A program made the translations under genes and the position numbers. Shown in pieces: positions 1 to 5,608 of a DNA stretch of 64,000 bases (positions are counted from its first letter, which is position 1; each line of letters begins with the position of its first letter). The notes under the pieces were generated by a model. It saw nothing but the letters and a program-made list of their open reading frames with translations, ran no database searches and was not told where the DNA came from. The stretch lies in IMG/VR virus record IMGVR_UViG_3300044796_000662, positions 298,938-362,937 of that record. One strand, 5' to 3'.

Positions 1-65
1 GGAGGAGTGTCTTCTCCTCCTCGGTCCAGAACGTGTAGGCCATCGACTAGAAGCCGTACACCATG

Positions 66-320
66 TCACTCGTCGGGATGAGAGGATTCGAACCTCCGAC
101 CCCCTGGTCCCGAACCAGGTGCGCTACCAGACTGCGCTACATCCCGTTGCTTCAGCATCTTCGCGTACCGCTTCTCGCGGTCCCTCACCGTAACCTTGCC
201 AACCCCAAGCGCGTTGGCGATGAACCAGGTCTGCGAACCGTCCGCCCGCATCTGCGCCACCTGCTTGCAGAAGCGCTCCAGTTCCTCGTCCGACAGGTTG
301 CGGTTGTCAATCGACGCCAT
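66..320 (-). CDS. small HTH-like DNA-binding protein; its C-terminal codons run through the tRNA-Pro gene
   Basis: N-terminal 57 aa look like an HTH (…IANALGVGKVTVRDR…); the remainder is a translation of the tRNA-Pro sequence. Confidence 0.45.
   Translation of the reverse strand: MASIDNRNLSDEELERFCKQVAQMRADGSQTWFIANALGVGKVTVRDREKRYAKMLKQRDVAQSGSAPGSGPGGRRFESSHPDE
73..146 (-). tRNA. trnP: tRNA-Pro(CGG)
   Basis: Cloverleaf CGGGATG/CATCCCG; anticodon arm CCTGG-TTCGGGA-CCAGG; T-loop TTCGAAT; no encoded CCA. Confidence 0.95.
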
Positions 321-342
321 GACCCCCTAGCCTATCACACAG

Positions 343-415
343 TGCGGCCTTCCGGAATCGAACCGGCATGGTCCGTGTTTCAAACGGATGCAATCACCAG
401 ACTTGCTCAGGCCGC
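343..415 (-). tRNA. trnF: tRNA-Phe(GAA), atypical body
   Basis: Acceptor GCGGCCT/AGGCCGC; anticodon arm TCCGT-TTGAAAC-ACGGA; T-loop TTCGATT. Confidence 0.8.
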
Positions 416-417
416 GT

Positions 418-486
418 TGCGGGCCGGGGAGTCGCGCCCCGTCAGGCTGGCTTATGAGACCGACCCAGCATCTCCGCTTGCCCCGC
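418..486 (-). tRNA. degenerate tRNA-like gene with CAT anticodon (Met/Ile2-like or pseudo-tRNA)
   Basis: Loop CTCATAA; T-stem CGGGG/CCCCG with non-canonical loop CGCGACT; short D-arm; 6-bp acceptor with a bulge; packed directly between two tRNA-Phe genes. Confidence 0.5.
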
Positions 487-488
487 GG

Positions 489-561
489 TGGTCACGGAGG
501 GACTCGAACCCCCGACGCACTGCTCTTCAGGCAGTCGCTCTACCAACTGAGCTACGCGACC
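489..561 (-). tRNA. trnF: tRNA-Phe(GAA)
   Basis: GGTCGCG/CGTGACC acceptor; D-arm GCTC-AGTTGGTA-GAGC; anticodon arm ACTGC-CTGAAGA-GCAGT. Confidence 0.93.
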
Positions 562-577
562 ATGTTTTTCGTGAACG

Positions 578-1081
578 TCAGGTTGTCGGTGGCTCCTCGG
601 GAGGAGGCAACGACAGCGTGTGAACTTGCTCTACCGGAACCCCGAGCATCGCTGCGATCTGCTCTCGTTCGCTCTGACCCACGGCGGGCTCGGCCACCTT
701 GGGCGGCTCCTCTTCCTCCCACTTGATGTCCCCGGTCTCGTTGACCTTGACGATGCAGGCCCAGCATCCCCGCATGTCCTTGTCGAAGATGTAGCCGGGC
801 GCTTCAGTCGAGTGCGTGTGCAGCTTGCGCCAGGCTTCCCACTGCCCGCCCGCCTCAACCATCTCGTGGTGGTCGAAGCCGTCGATGCCCTTGAGCAGGA
901 AGCGGTTGTTCATGCCGAGGATACGGGCGAAGTCCCTGTTCTTCGCCTTGACGCGCACCGTACCAGCGCGGGGGTCAAGCCACCGTGCCTGCGTGTTGCC
1001 GCAGCGGCAGACCGTCCAACCGCACTCGGGGTCAAGGGCTCGGATGTCGAGGCACTTCGCGCAGAGCAGAGCTTTCGTCAT
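578..1081 (-). CDS. hypothetical protein with Cys-rich N-terminus (CxxC…CxC)
   Basis: 167-aa ORF with phage-like codon usage; GGTGTA motif 10 nt upstream of ATG. Confidence 0.75.
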   Translation of the reverse strand: MTKALLCAKCLDIRALDPECGWTVCRCGNTQARWLDPRAGTVRVKAKNRDFARILGMNNRFLLKGIDGFDHHEMVEAGGQWEAWRKLHTHSTEAPGYIFDKDMRGCWACIVKVNETGDIKWEEEEPPKVAEPAVGQSEREQIAAMLGVPVEQVHTLSLPPPEEPPTT

Positions 1082-1099
1082 GCCCTCGCTCTACACCAA

Positions 1100-1135
1100 A
1101 AGCGGAACCCCGGAGAGTAGCCTTCCCCGGGGTCC
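1100..1135 (-). terminator. hairpin plus U-tract closing the permuted-tRNA RNA
   Basis: Minus strand CCCCGGGGAAG-GCTA-CTCTCCGGGG followed by TTCCGCTTTT. Confidence 0.5.
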
Positions 1136-1206
1136 CTTTGTGCGACTTGCGCCGCTCGTCTTTTTAGGGTGACCACTGGCGTTTAAGGTCGGCAGTGAGT
1201 CCTGAG

Positions 1207-1304
1207 CCTCTAGTGTCCTGTCGCTAGACGACCGCCCTGTAGGTGTTGCGTAGCTGCGCGAGGCAGCAGCAGGGTGGGCGGGATTCAAACCCGCGTCCTA
1301 GAGA
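1207..1304 (-). ncRNA. permuted tRNA-like module B (Glu/Asp-like D-arm)
   Basis: TCTCTAG; T-arm GCGGG-TTTGAAT-CCCGC (1278-1294); 3' acceptor CCACCCT (1271-1277); 31-nt linker; 5' acceptor AGGGCGG (1232-1238, 6/7 pairs); D-arm GTC-TAGCGACAG-GAC; CTAGAGG pairing with TCTCTAG (7 bp). Confidence 0.8.
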
Positions 1305-1375
1305 ATTGTTGCCTTCCGTTCGATTGGCCTCCCGACGATGTTGCTGAGTCTGGAGTAGTAGTCTCAGGCTGAGCC

Positions 1376-1505
1376 GCGCTACGGGTTGCGTCTGCCAATT
1401 TCGCCACCCCCGTGTTGTCAGGTCCAGCCTTTACGGCCGGGCCTTGCACCCTGCGGTGCAGTACGGGGGGAAGGATTCGAACCTTCAGCTTTCGCCGTCG
1501 CGCTA
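1376..1505 (-). ncRNA. permuted tRNA-like module A (Leu-like D-arm)
   Basis: Order on minus strand: GCGC-G-ACGG; T-arm GAAGG-TTCGAAT-CCTTC (1470-1486); 3' acceptor CCCCCGT (1463-1469); 48-nt two-hairpin linker; 5' acceptor ACGGGGG (1407-1413, 7/7 pairs); D-arm GCG-AAATTGGCAGA-CGC; CCGT-A-GCGC pairing back to the upstream strand. Confidence 0.85.
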
Positions 1506-1562
1506 GATGAGTCTGAATCTGAGTCTGAGCTTGAACTCCACTCTTGTCTTACACCGCCGAGG

Positions 1563-2315
1563 TCACGGCGCGAAGACGAAATCGAAGATGGGCTTGCCGG
1601 CGGACAGATCCTTCGGCACGTCGTGGCTGTTGGCGGTCTCCTTGGCCTGCTTGACCGCGTGCTGGAGCTTCTCGATCCGAGCGAGCAGGAGATCCTTCTG
1701 GTCCATCGGCATCGCCCCGGAATACTTGATGGTCTTCCAGGTGCCGGTGATCTTGTCCTCCGTAATGAGCTGGACCTGCGCCGGGTGCTCCTTCGAGCCC
1801 GGGTGCATCACGAGAGGCACCTGGAGCTTCTTCGTGCGGACCGTCTCGGTCGGCTGCGTCGCGTAGAGGCTCTGCTCCTTGTCGAGCGTCCACTTCTCGG
1901 CCGGGTCGAGCGTCGGCATCTTCTTGACCTCCGTGTAGAGGTCGTCGAGCTGGTGCCCGAGCCAGAGCAGGTACGTGACCGGGGCATCCTTCAGGATCGT
2001 CTTGCCCTCCACGACCACGTCCGCCTTCGCGGAGCAGTTCGTGACGTCGCGCTGGAAGGTCATGTCGAACAGCTCGGTCTGCTCCTTCTGAATGGTCTTC
2101 AGGAGGACGGCCGTGTTCTGCTGGACGTTCTGGCGCTCGTCCGGCAGCATCTCGTGCAGGTTCGACTCCGGGTTCGCGTCGCGAGCCGACCACGTCTTCA
2201 CGTGGCCGCTGAAAAGCGCCGGCTTCTGGAACGTGTGGTAGATGGCGGTCAGCTTCTCGGCCACCTTCGTCTTGAGGCCCGACTCGATGGCAAGAACGTG
2301 ATGCAGCTTCGACAT
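1563..2315 (-). CDS. conserved uncharacterised ~250-aa protein (resembles, from memory, the DUF7873-type family of actinobacteria and phages)
   Basis: MSKLHHVLAIE… start with GGAGA RBS; motifs PVTYLLWL, RTKK, HPAQVQ, YSGA; family name is an unverified recollection. Confidence 0.8.
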   Translation of the reverse strand: MSKLHHVLAIESGLKTKVAEKLTAIYHTFQKPALFSGHVKTWSARDANPESNLHEMLPDERQNVQQNTAVLLKTIQKEQTELFDMTFQRDVTNCSAKADVVVEGKTILKDAPVTYLLWLGHQLDDLYTEVKKMPTLDPAEKWTLDKEQSLYATQPTETVRTKKLQVPLVMHPGSKEHPAQVQLITEDKITGTWKTIKYSGAMPMDQKDLLLARIEKLQHAVKQAKETANSHDVPKDLSAGKPIFDFVFAP

Positions 2316-2388
2316 GGTGGTCTCCGATCCGATTTGGGTCTGTGGGTCAGTAGTACACCGGACCCCCACCCCTTCAGGACCGTCAACG

Positions 2389-2463
2389 TGGTACCCCGTG
2401 CGAGAATCGAACTCGCGTTCCGAGATTGAAAGTCTCGTAGCCTGCCACTAGCGTGAACGGGGC
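2389..2463 (-). tRNA. trnE: tRNA-Glu(TTC)
   Basis: Anticodon arm CGAGA-CTTTCAA-TCTCG; encoded CCA. Confidence 0.92.
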
Positions 2464-2511
2464 GAAAATAGCTGGCCTGAAGCGGTTGGGGTTCGGTGTT
2501 CAATAAGGGTA

Positions 2512-2910
2512 ATGTCCGTCCTGCTCCGGTTGCCCCTCTACATCGAGCCCGCCCTTGCACTCGTTCCCACGCCGACCCCCGAGCCGGCCGAGGAAGACCT
2601 CACGTGGCCCGAGGGTGAGGAACCCGTGCGGCCAAGGACCCGCGGCGAGTGCGAGGATGCCCCGCGCCCGTGCCCGTGGGTCTCGTGCAAGCAGCACCTC
2701 TTCTGGGAATACCTGAAGCACCATCCGGAGGCGACGGTCGAAACGATGAAGCACTCGTGCGTGCTGGACATCGCCGACGAGGGCGGCATGACCCTGGAAG
2801 ATGTCGGCGAGATCTTCGGGCTCACCCGAGAGCGCATCCGACAGCTCGAAACCGATGCCCTGCGGAAGCTCAAGAAGCGCCCGCAGTTGATGCAGTACCG
2901 GGCCGAGTAG
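2512..2910 (+). CDS. sigma70 region-4-like HTH protein with N-terminal Cys motif (myxobacterial type)
   Basis: RPRTRGEC…PCPWVSCK + GGMTLEDVGEIFGLTRERIRQLE; start uncertain. Confidence 0.8.
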   Translation: MSVLLRLPLYIEPALALVPTPTPEPAEEDLTWPEGEEPVRPRTRGECEDAPRPCPWVSCKQHLFWEYLKHHPEATVETMKHSCVLDIADEGGMTLEDVGEIFGLTRERIRQLETDALRKLKKRPQLMQYRAE

Positions 2911-2983
2911 TGCTCTCACGGGGGGTCGAACCCGCGTTTTCCTGGTTGAGAACCAAGCGTCCTAGCCGGTAGACGATGAGAGC
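2911..2983 (-). tRNA. trnE: tRNA-Glu(CTC)
   Basis: GCTCTCA/TGAGAGC acceptor; anticodon arm CTTGG-TTCTCAA-CCAGG; T-stem with a mismatch. Confidence 0.85.
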
Positions 2984-3005
2984 ATGTGCACGGTTGTGAG
3001 CTTCA

Positions 3006-3113
3006 CACCGGGGGACGGACTCGAACCGCCCACCAGAAGCCCGTGCAACTCGGTCCCTAACGCCAGGGTCCTACTATGCACGGGGCGTTACCCTCTGGCG
3101 CCCAAGCCCCAGT
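3006..3113 (-). ncRNA. tRNA-like RNA with a 29-nt insert replacing the anticodon loop
   Basis: Acceptor ACTGGGG/CCCCGGT; D-arm GGCG…CGCC; stem CCGTGCA/TGCACGG enclosing TAGTAGGACCCTGGCGTTAGGGACCGAGT; T-arm GGCGG-TTCGAGT-CCGTC. Confidence 0.65.
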
Positions 3114-3133
3114 GGGAAGCCCACAACCGTCAG

Positions 3134-3205
3134 AGCCGGAGAAGGGAATCGAACCCTCTGCGACCTCCTTACGAAAGAGGTGCCCCGCCATGGGGCCTCA
3201 CCGGC
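3134..3205 (-). tRNA. trnT: tRNA-Thr(CGT)
   Basis: Anticodon arm CCTCT-TTCGTAA-GGAGG; T-loop TTCGATT. Confidence 0.88.
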
Positions 3206-3323
3206 AGAAGCAGACCACCGTCGTCACAACGACGGCAAAGAGACCGACGACCAACCGCCAGTCCGGAGGGAGCGGCGCCTGATATGCGGCAGGCAAGAGA
3301 GCGAAGTTGAAGTCGAGGGTCAC
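3198..3323 (-). CDS. 41-aa putative single-pass membrane peptide
   Basis: MTLDFNFALLPAAYQAPLPPDWRLVVGLFAVVVTTVVCFCR; GTGA overlap with upstream ORF; stop lies in the tRNA-Thr 5' end. Confidence 0.4.
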   Translation of the reverse strand: MTLDFNFALLPAAYQAPLPPDWRLVVGLFAVVVTTVVCFCR

Positions 3324-3436
3324 GTTTCCACGTCCTTGCAGTTGCGGCCGTTCTCGGCCGTGATCTCGTCCCACTCCTCGTCGAGGGACTTGATCCAGTT
3401 CTTGATGGTCGTCCAGAGCTTGGCGAAGATGTTCAT
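3320..3436 (-). CDS. 38-aa hypothetical amphipathic peptide
   Basis: MNIFAKLWTTIKNWIKSLDEEWDEITAENGRNCKDVET; strong C/G third-position bias. Confidence 0.55.
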   Translation of the reverse strand: MNIFAKLWTTIKNWIKSLDEEWDEITAENGRNCKDVET

Positions 3437-3479
3437 GCCCTGGGGCATCAACTGAAACGTCAAGATGACGACCACGTAG

Positions 3480-3563
3480 CGTACGGGGCAGGATTCGAAC
3501 CTGCGATGGGTGTTACCCCGGTCGGTTAACGGCCGACTGCCTTGGCCTCTAGGCTACCCGCAC
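3480..3563 (-). tRNA. tRNA with Asn anticodon (GTT) on a class-II (long variable arm, Tyr-like) body
   Basis: Anticodon arm GTCGG-CCGTTAA-CCGAC (C33); variable arm GGG-TAACA-CCC; G73. Confidence 0.8.
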
Positions 3564-3564
3564 A

Positions 3565-3639
3565 TGGCTGCACCCGCAGGACTCGAACCTGCATCTTATC
3601 CGTTAACAGCGGAGCGCACGGCCATTGTGCTAGGGTGCA
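3565..3639 (-). tRNA. trnN: tRNA-Asn(GTT)
   Basis: Loop CTGTTAA; acceptor TGCACCC/GGGTGCA; encoded CCA. Confidence 0.92.
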
Positions 3640-3980
3640 AAAATGAGATGGGTGCGCCTCCCCTTGCGGTTTGGCGCACCCGTCCCCGAAACGACCAAGC
3701 CTTGACCCCGAAGGGCCTCAGCTCGCCCGTTTCCACGAAACGAACAGGAGCGGATGTCATGCCTGCGGATGCGGATTGGTGGTCCACACTCTTGAGCACC
3801 ACTTGACCCCACCTGTCTTATCGGTGGTAGAGAGCCAGTAAGGCGCCGCTTTTCCACGCATTAGGCTCAAAACTTCTGGGCCCAACCGTGGTGGAGATGA
3901 GGGGCTCTCGGTGCGAACCGGGGCCTTTCATCAGTCCCTGCTAAATTGTCAATGAACGGAGACGCCCCGAAGGGCGGCTC
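3640..3980 (-). ncRNA. structured non-coding spacer inside the tRNA array (candidate ncRNA)
   Basis: Hairpins GGGTGCGCC/GGCGCACCC with an inner GCAA tetraloop, GGCCC-TTCG-GGGTC, CGTTTC-GTG-GAAACG and GCCGCCC-TTCG-GGGCG; no convincing ORF. Confidence 0.35.
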
Positions 3981-3985
3981 GTTAG

Positions 3986-4057
3986 ATCCAGGAGGGGGAG
4001 TTGAACCCACCGTAGCGAGTTTCAGAGTCTCGCGTCCTACCGTTGGACGATCCTGGA
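3986..4057 (-). tRNA. trnQ: tRNA-Gln(CTG)
   Basis: TCCAGGA/TCCTGGA acceptor; loop CTCTGAA (A31-A39 mismatch). Confidence 0.85.
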
Positions 4058-4108
4058 ACAGCGATGCCGTCTTCTGATTCGATCTGATCTGGGTACTGCT
4101 TGACCTAG

Positions 4109-4180
4109 TGCGCCCGGAGGGACTTGAACCCTCACTTCAACGGGTAAGAGCCGCGTATGCTGCATTGACATCACAGGCGC
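4109..4180 (-). tRNA. trnK: tRNA-Lys(CTT)
   Basis: GCGCCTG/CGGGCGC acceptor; loop CTCTTAC; T-loop TTCAAGT. Confidence 0.85.
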
Positions 4181-4188
4181 ATTGACTG

Positions 4189-4261
4189 TGGGAGGCACGG
4201 GAGTTGAACCCGCATCTTGGGACTTAAAAGGAACCTGCTCTACCGATTGAGCTAACCTCCC
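4189..4261 (-). tRNA. trnK: tRNA-Lys(TTT)
   Basis: GGGAGGT/GCCTCCC acceptor; canonical D-arm; loop CTTTTAA; weak anticodon stem with two mismatches. Confidence 0.8.
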
Positions 4262-4312
4262 AGCGACGTGGTAGGGCAGGTCTGTTTGAGTTGAGTGTGC
4301 ATGGTCTTGTGT

Positions 4313-4399
4313 TGGTGGAGCCGTGCGGAATCGAACCGCCTAGCGCAGAGGCCCGACGTTTACAGCGTCAGTCGCCTTCCAAGGACGAACCCCGACTCC
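4313..4399 (-). tRNA. trnY: tRNA-Tyr(GTA)
   Basis: Anticodon arm TGACG-CTGTAAA-CGTCG; long variable arm; encoded CCA; unusual D-arm. Confidence 0.85.
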
Positions 4400-4544
4400 A
4401 GAGGGGATATGGAGGATCGGAGTTCTGATAGCTCTCTCGGTTCATCATCGGATACACGTCTCCTGTGATTCCAAGGAACACGCCGGGCAGATCCCGAGCG
4501 TCGGATTCCTCAGATTCGCGAATTTTTCGAGCCCTGAAACGACG

Positions 4545-4578
4545 AAGGCCGCCACCGGGGTTCCCGGGGCGGCCTTTT
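4545..4578. terminator. GC-rich hairpin, possibly a bidirectional intrinsic terminator
   Basis: AAGGCCGCC…GGCGGCCTTTT. Confidence 0.55.
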
Positions 4579-4890
4579 GCACGAGCACTTGCTCGGCTTC
4601 GGACCGCCCCTTACTCTCCCACCTCCGGCTTGGCTTGATTCAAGGAGGTGGGATATGCGGGCGTGTGGAGAATCTGGGCGAACTGGAGGGTCTGATCGAC
4701 GCTACCGCGCAGAACGCAAGATCCCGCCATCGCCTTGAGCGATTTGGCAGACCTTGATTCGAGCGACCAGCGTGTAGACACAGCGTTCTCCGTTGCACCG
4801 TGATGGTGCGTTGACTCTTGCTTGTATACGGGCACCACGAAAAGCGCGCAAGGACTTTTCTTGACCCTCGCGCATTTTCTCCCGCACCTT

Positions 4891-5556
4891 TCACGCGGGG
4901 GTCGGGAAGACGGGCGCGACGGGCGACCCGGCCGCGAGCTGCACGATGGTGATCCCGGTCACGTTCGGGAACGGCGAGAGTGCGGCGAGGCTGATGCCCA
5001 CGCCGAGTTCGAGAGCCACTGGCAGGAACGGCGTCCACGCCGTGGTCGGGCTGGTGGTGAACGGCACGCTGGTTCCGTTGACCGTGAGCGACACGTACGG
5101 CTTCCGCGCGTCCCACGAGAACACAATGATCGCCGGGGTACCCGCGACGCCGGCGGCACCGCTCGGAACGGCCGCTGCGACCAAGTTGCCATAGATGTCC
5201 GTGATCTTCGCGCCGACGCGGTTCGAAGAGTCGAGGTAGATGCCGCAGTACCCGAGCGGCGTCGAGGCGTTGTCCACCGAGAACGCGAGCGAGTACGCCG
5301 TGCCCGCGGTCGGCAGAATGACCTGCGCGTTCATGATCCCGCAGACGCCACCGTAGGCTTGGGGGACATTGAGCGAGGTGAGGTCTGTCTCACCAAGACC
5401 TCGGCGGATCAGCGAACCGCCCATGTTCTTCTGAACCGGGGCCACGGTGTAGGGGGTGGCTGCCTGTCCAACACCGCGCAGAGTCGGACCTGCCGAAACC
5501 GTGGGCCAGTTGGGCAGCGCGAGGAACCCTGCCGGGGAGATGATGAAATCGGACAT
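4891..5556 (-). CDS. hypothetical beta-rich protein (possibly virion-associated)
   Basis: MSDFIISP… with GAGGAG RBS; G/A/T/V/P-rich. Confidence 0.7.
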   Translation of the reverse strand: MSDFIISPAGFLALPNWPTVSAGPTLRGVGQAATPYTVAPVQKNMGGSLIRRGLGETDLTSLNVPQAYGGVCGIMNAQVILPTAGTAYSLAFSVDNASTPLGYCGIYLDSSNRVGAKITDIYGNLVAAAVPSGAAGVAGTPAIIVFSWDARKPYVSLTVNGTSVPFTTSPTTAWTPFLPVALELGVGISLAALSPFPNVTGITIVQLAAGSPVAPVFPTPA

Positions 5557-5608
5557 GTCGGTCTCCTCTACCTGGGAGGACATAAGGTTCTTTTGCGGCG
5601 CACGAGGT

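Larger units (their letters stand above)
1098..1545 (-). ncRNA. candidate ~450-nt structured RNA with two circularly permuted tRNA-like modules and CUCAGA-type repeats
   Basis: See modules A and B; own GGTGTA promoter-like motif at 1550-1555 and terminal hairpin; no credible long ORF on this strand. Confidence 0.75.

Noticed and set aside
1270-1413. Single tRNA-Leu with a large intron (5' half of module A joined to 3' half of module B)
   Set aside because: ACGGGGG pairs with CCACCCT at only 5/7 positions, whereas it pairs 7/7 with the upstream CCCCCGT. The permuted reading also explains both extra stems.
1386-2429. 347-aa plus-strand ORF, and similar long antisense ORFs (6845-8722, 38152-40902, 42293-44494, 54935-56476, 60812-62362)
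   Set aside because: Shadow frames produced by the strong C/G third-position bias of real genes on the opposite strand; no motifs.
3889-3904. tmRNA 3' end or attP core (minus strand CCCCTCATCTCCACCA)
   Set aside because: No T-loop directly upstream, no matching GGGGATG/GGAGATG 5' strand found nearby, no tag ORF, and no integrase in the window.
3928-3934. Hammerhead ribozyme core CTGATGA
   Set aside because: The required GAAA and stems I and III are not present in the correct order.
4611-4838. 75-aa minus-strand ORF upstream of the tRNA array
   Set aside because: Lacks the codon bias of real genes here and has no recognisable motif; more likely regulatory sequence.
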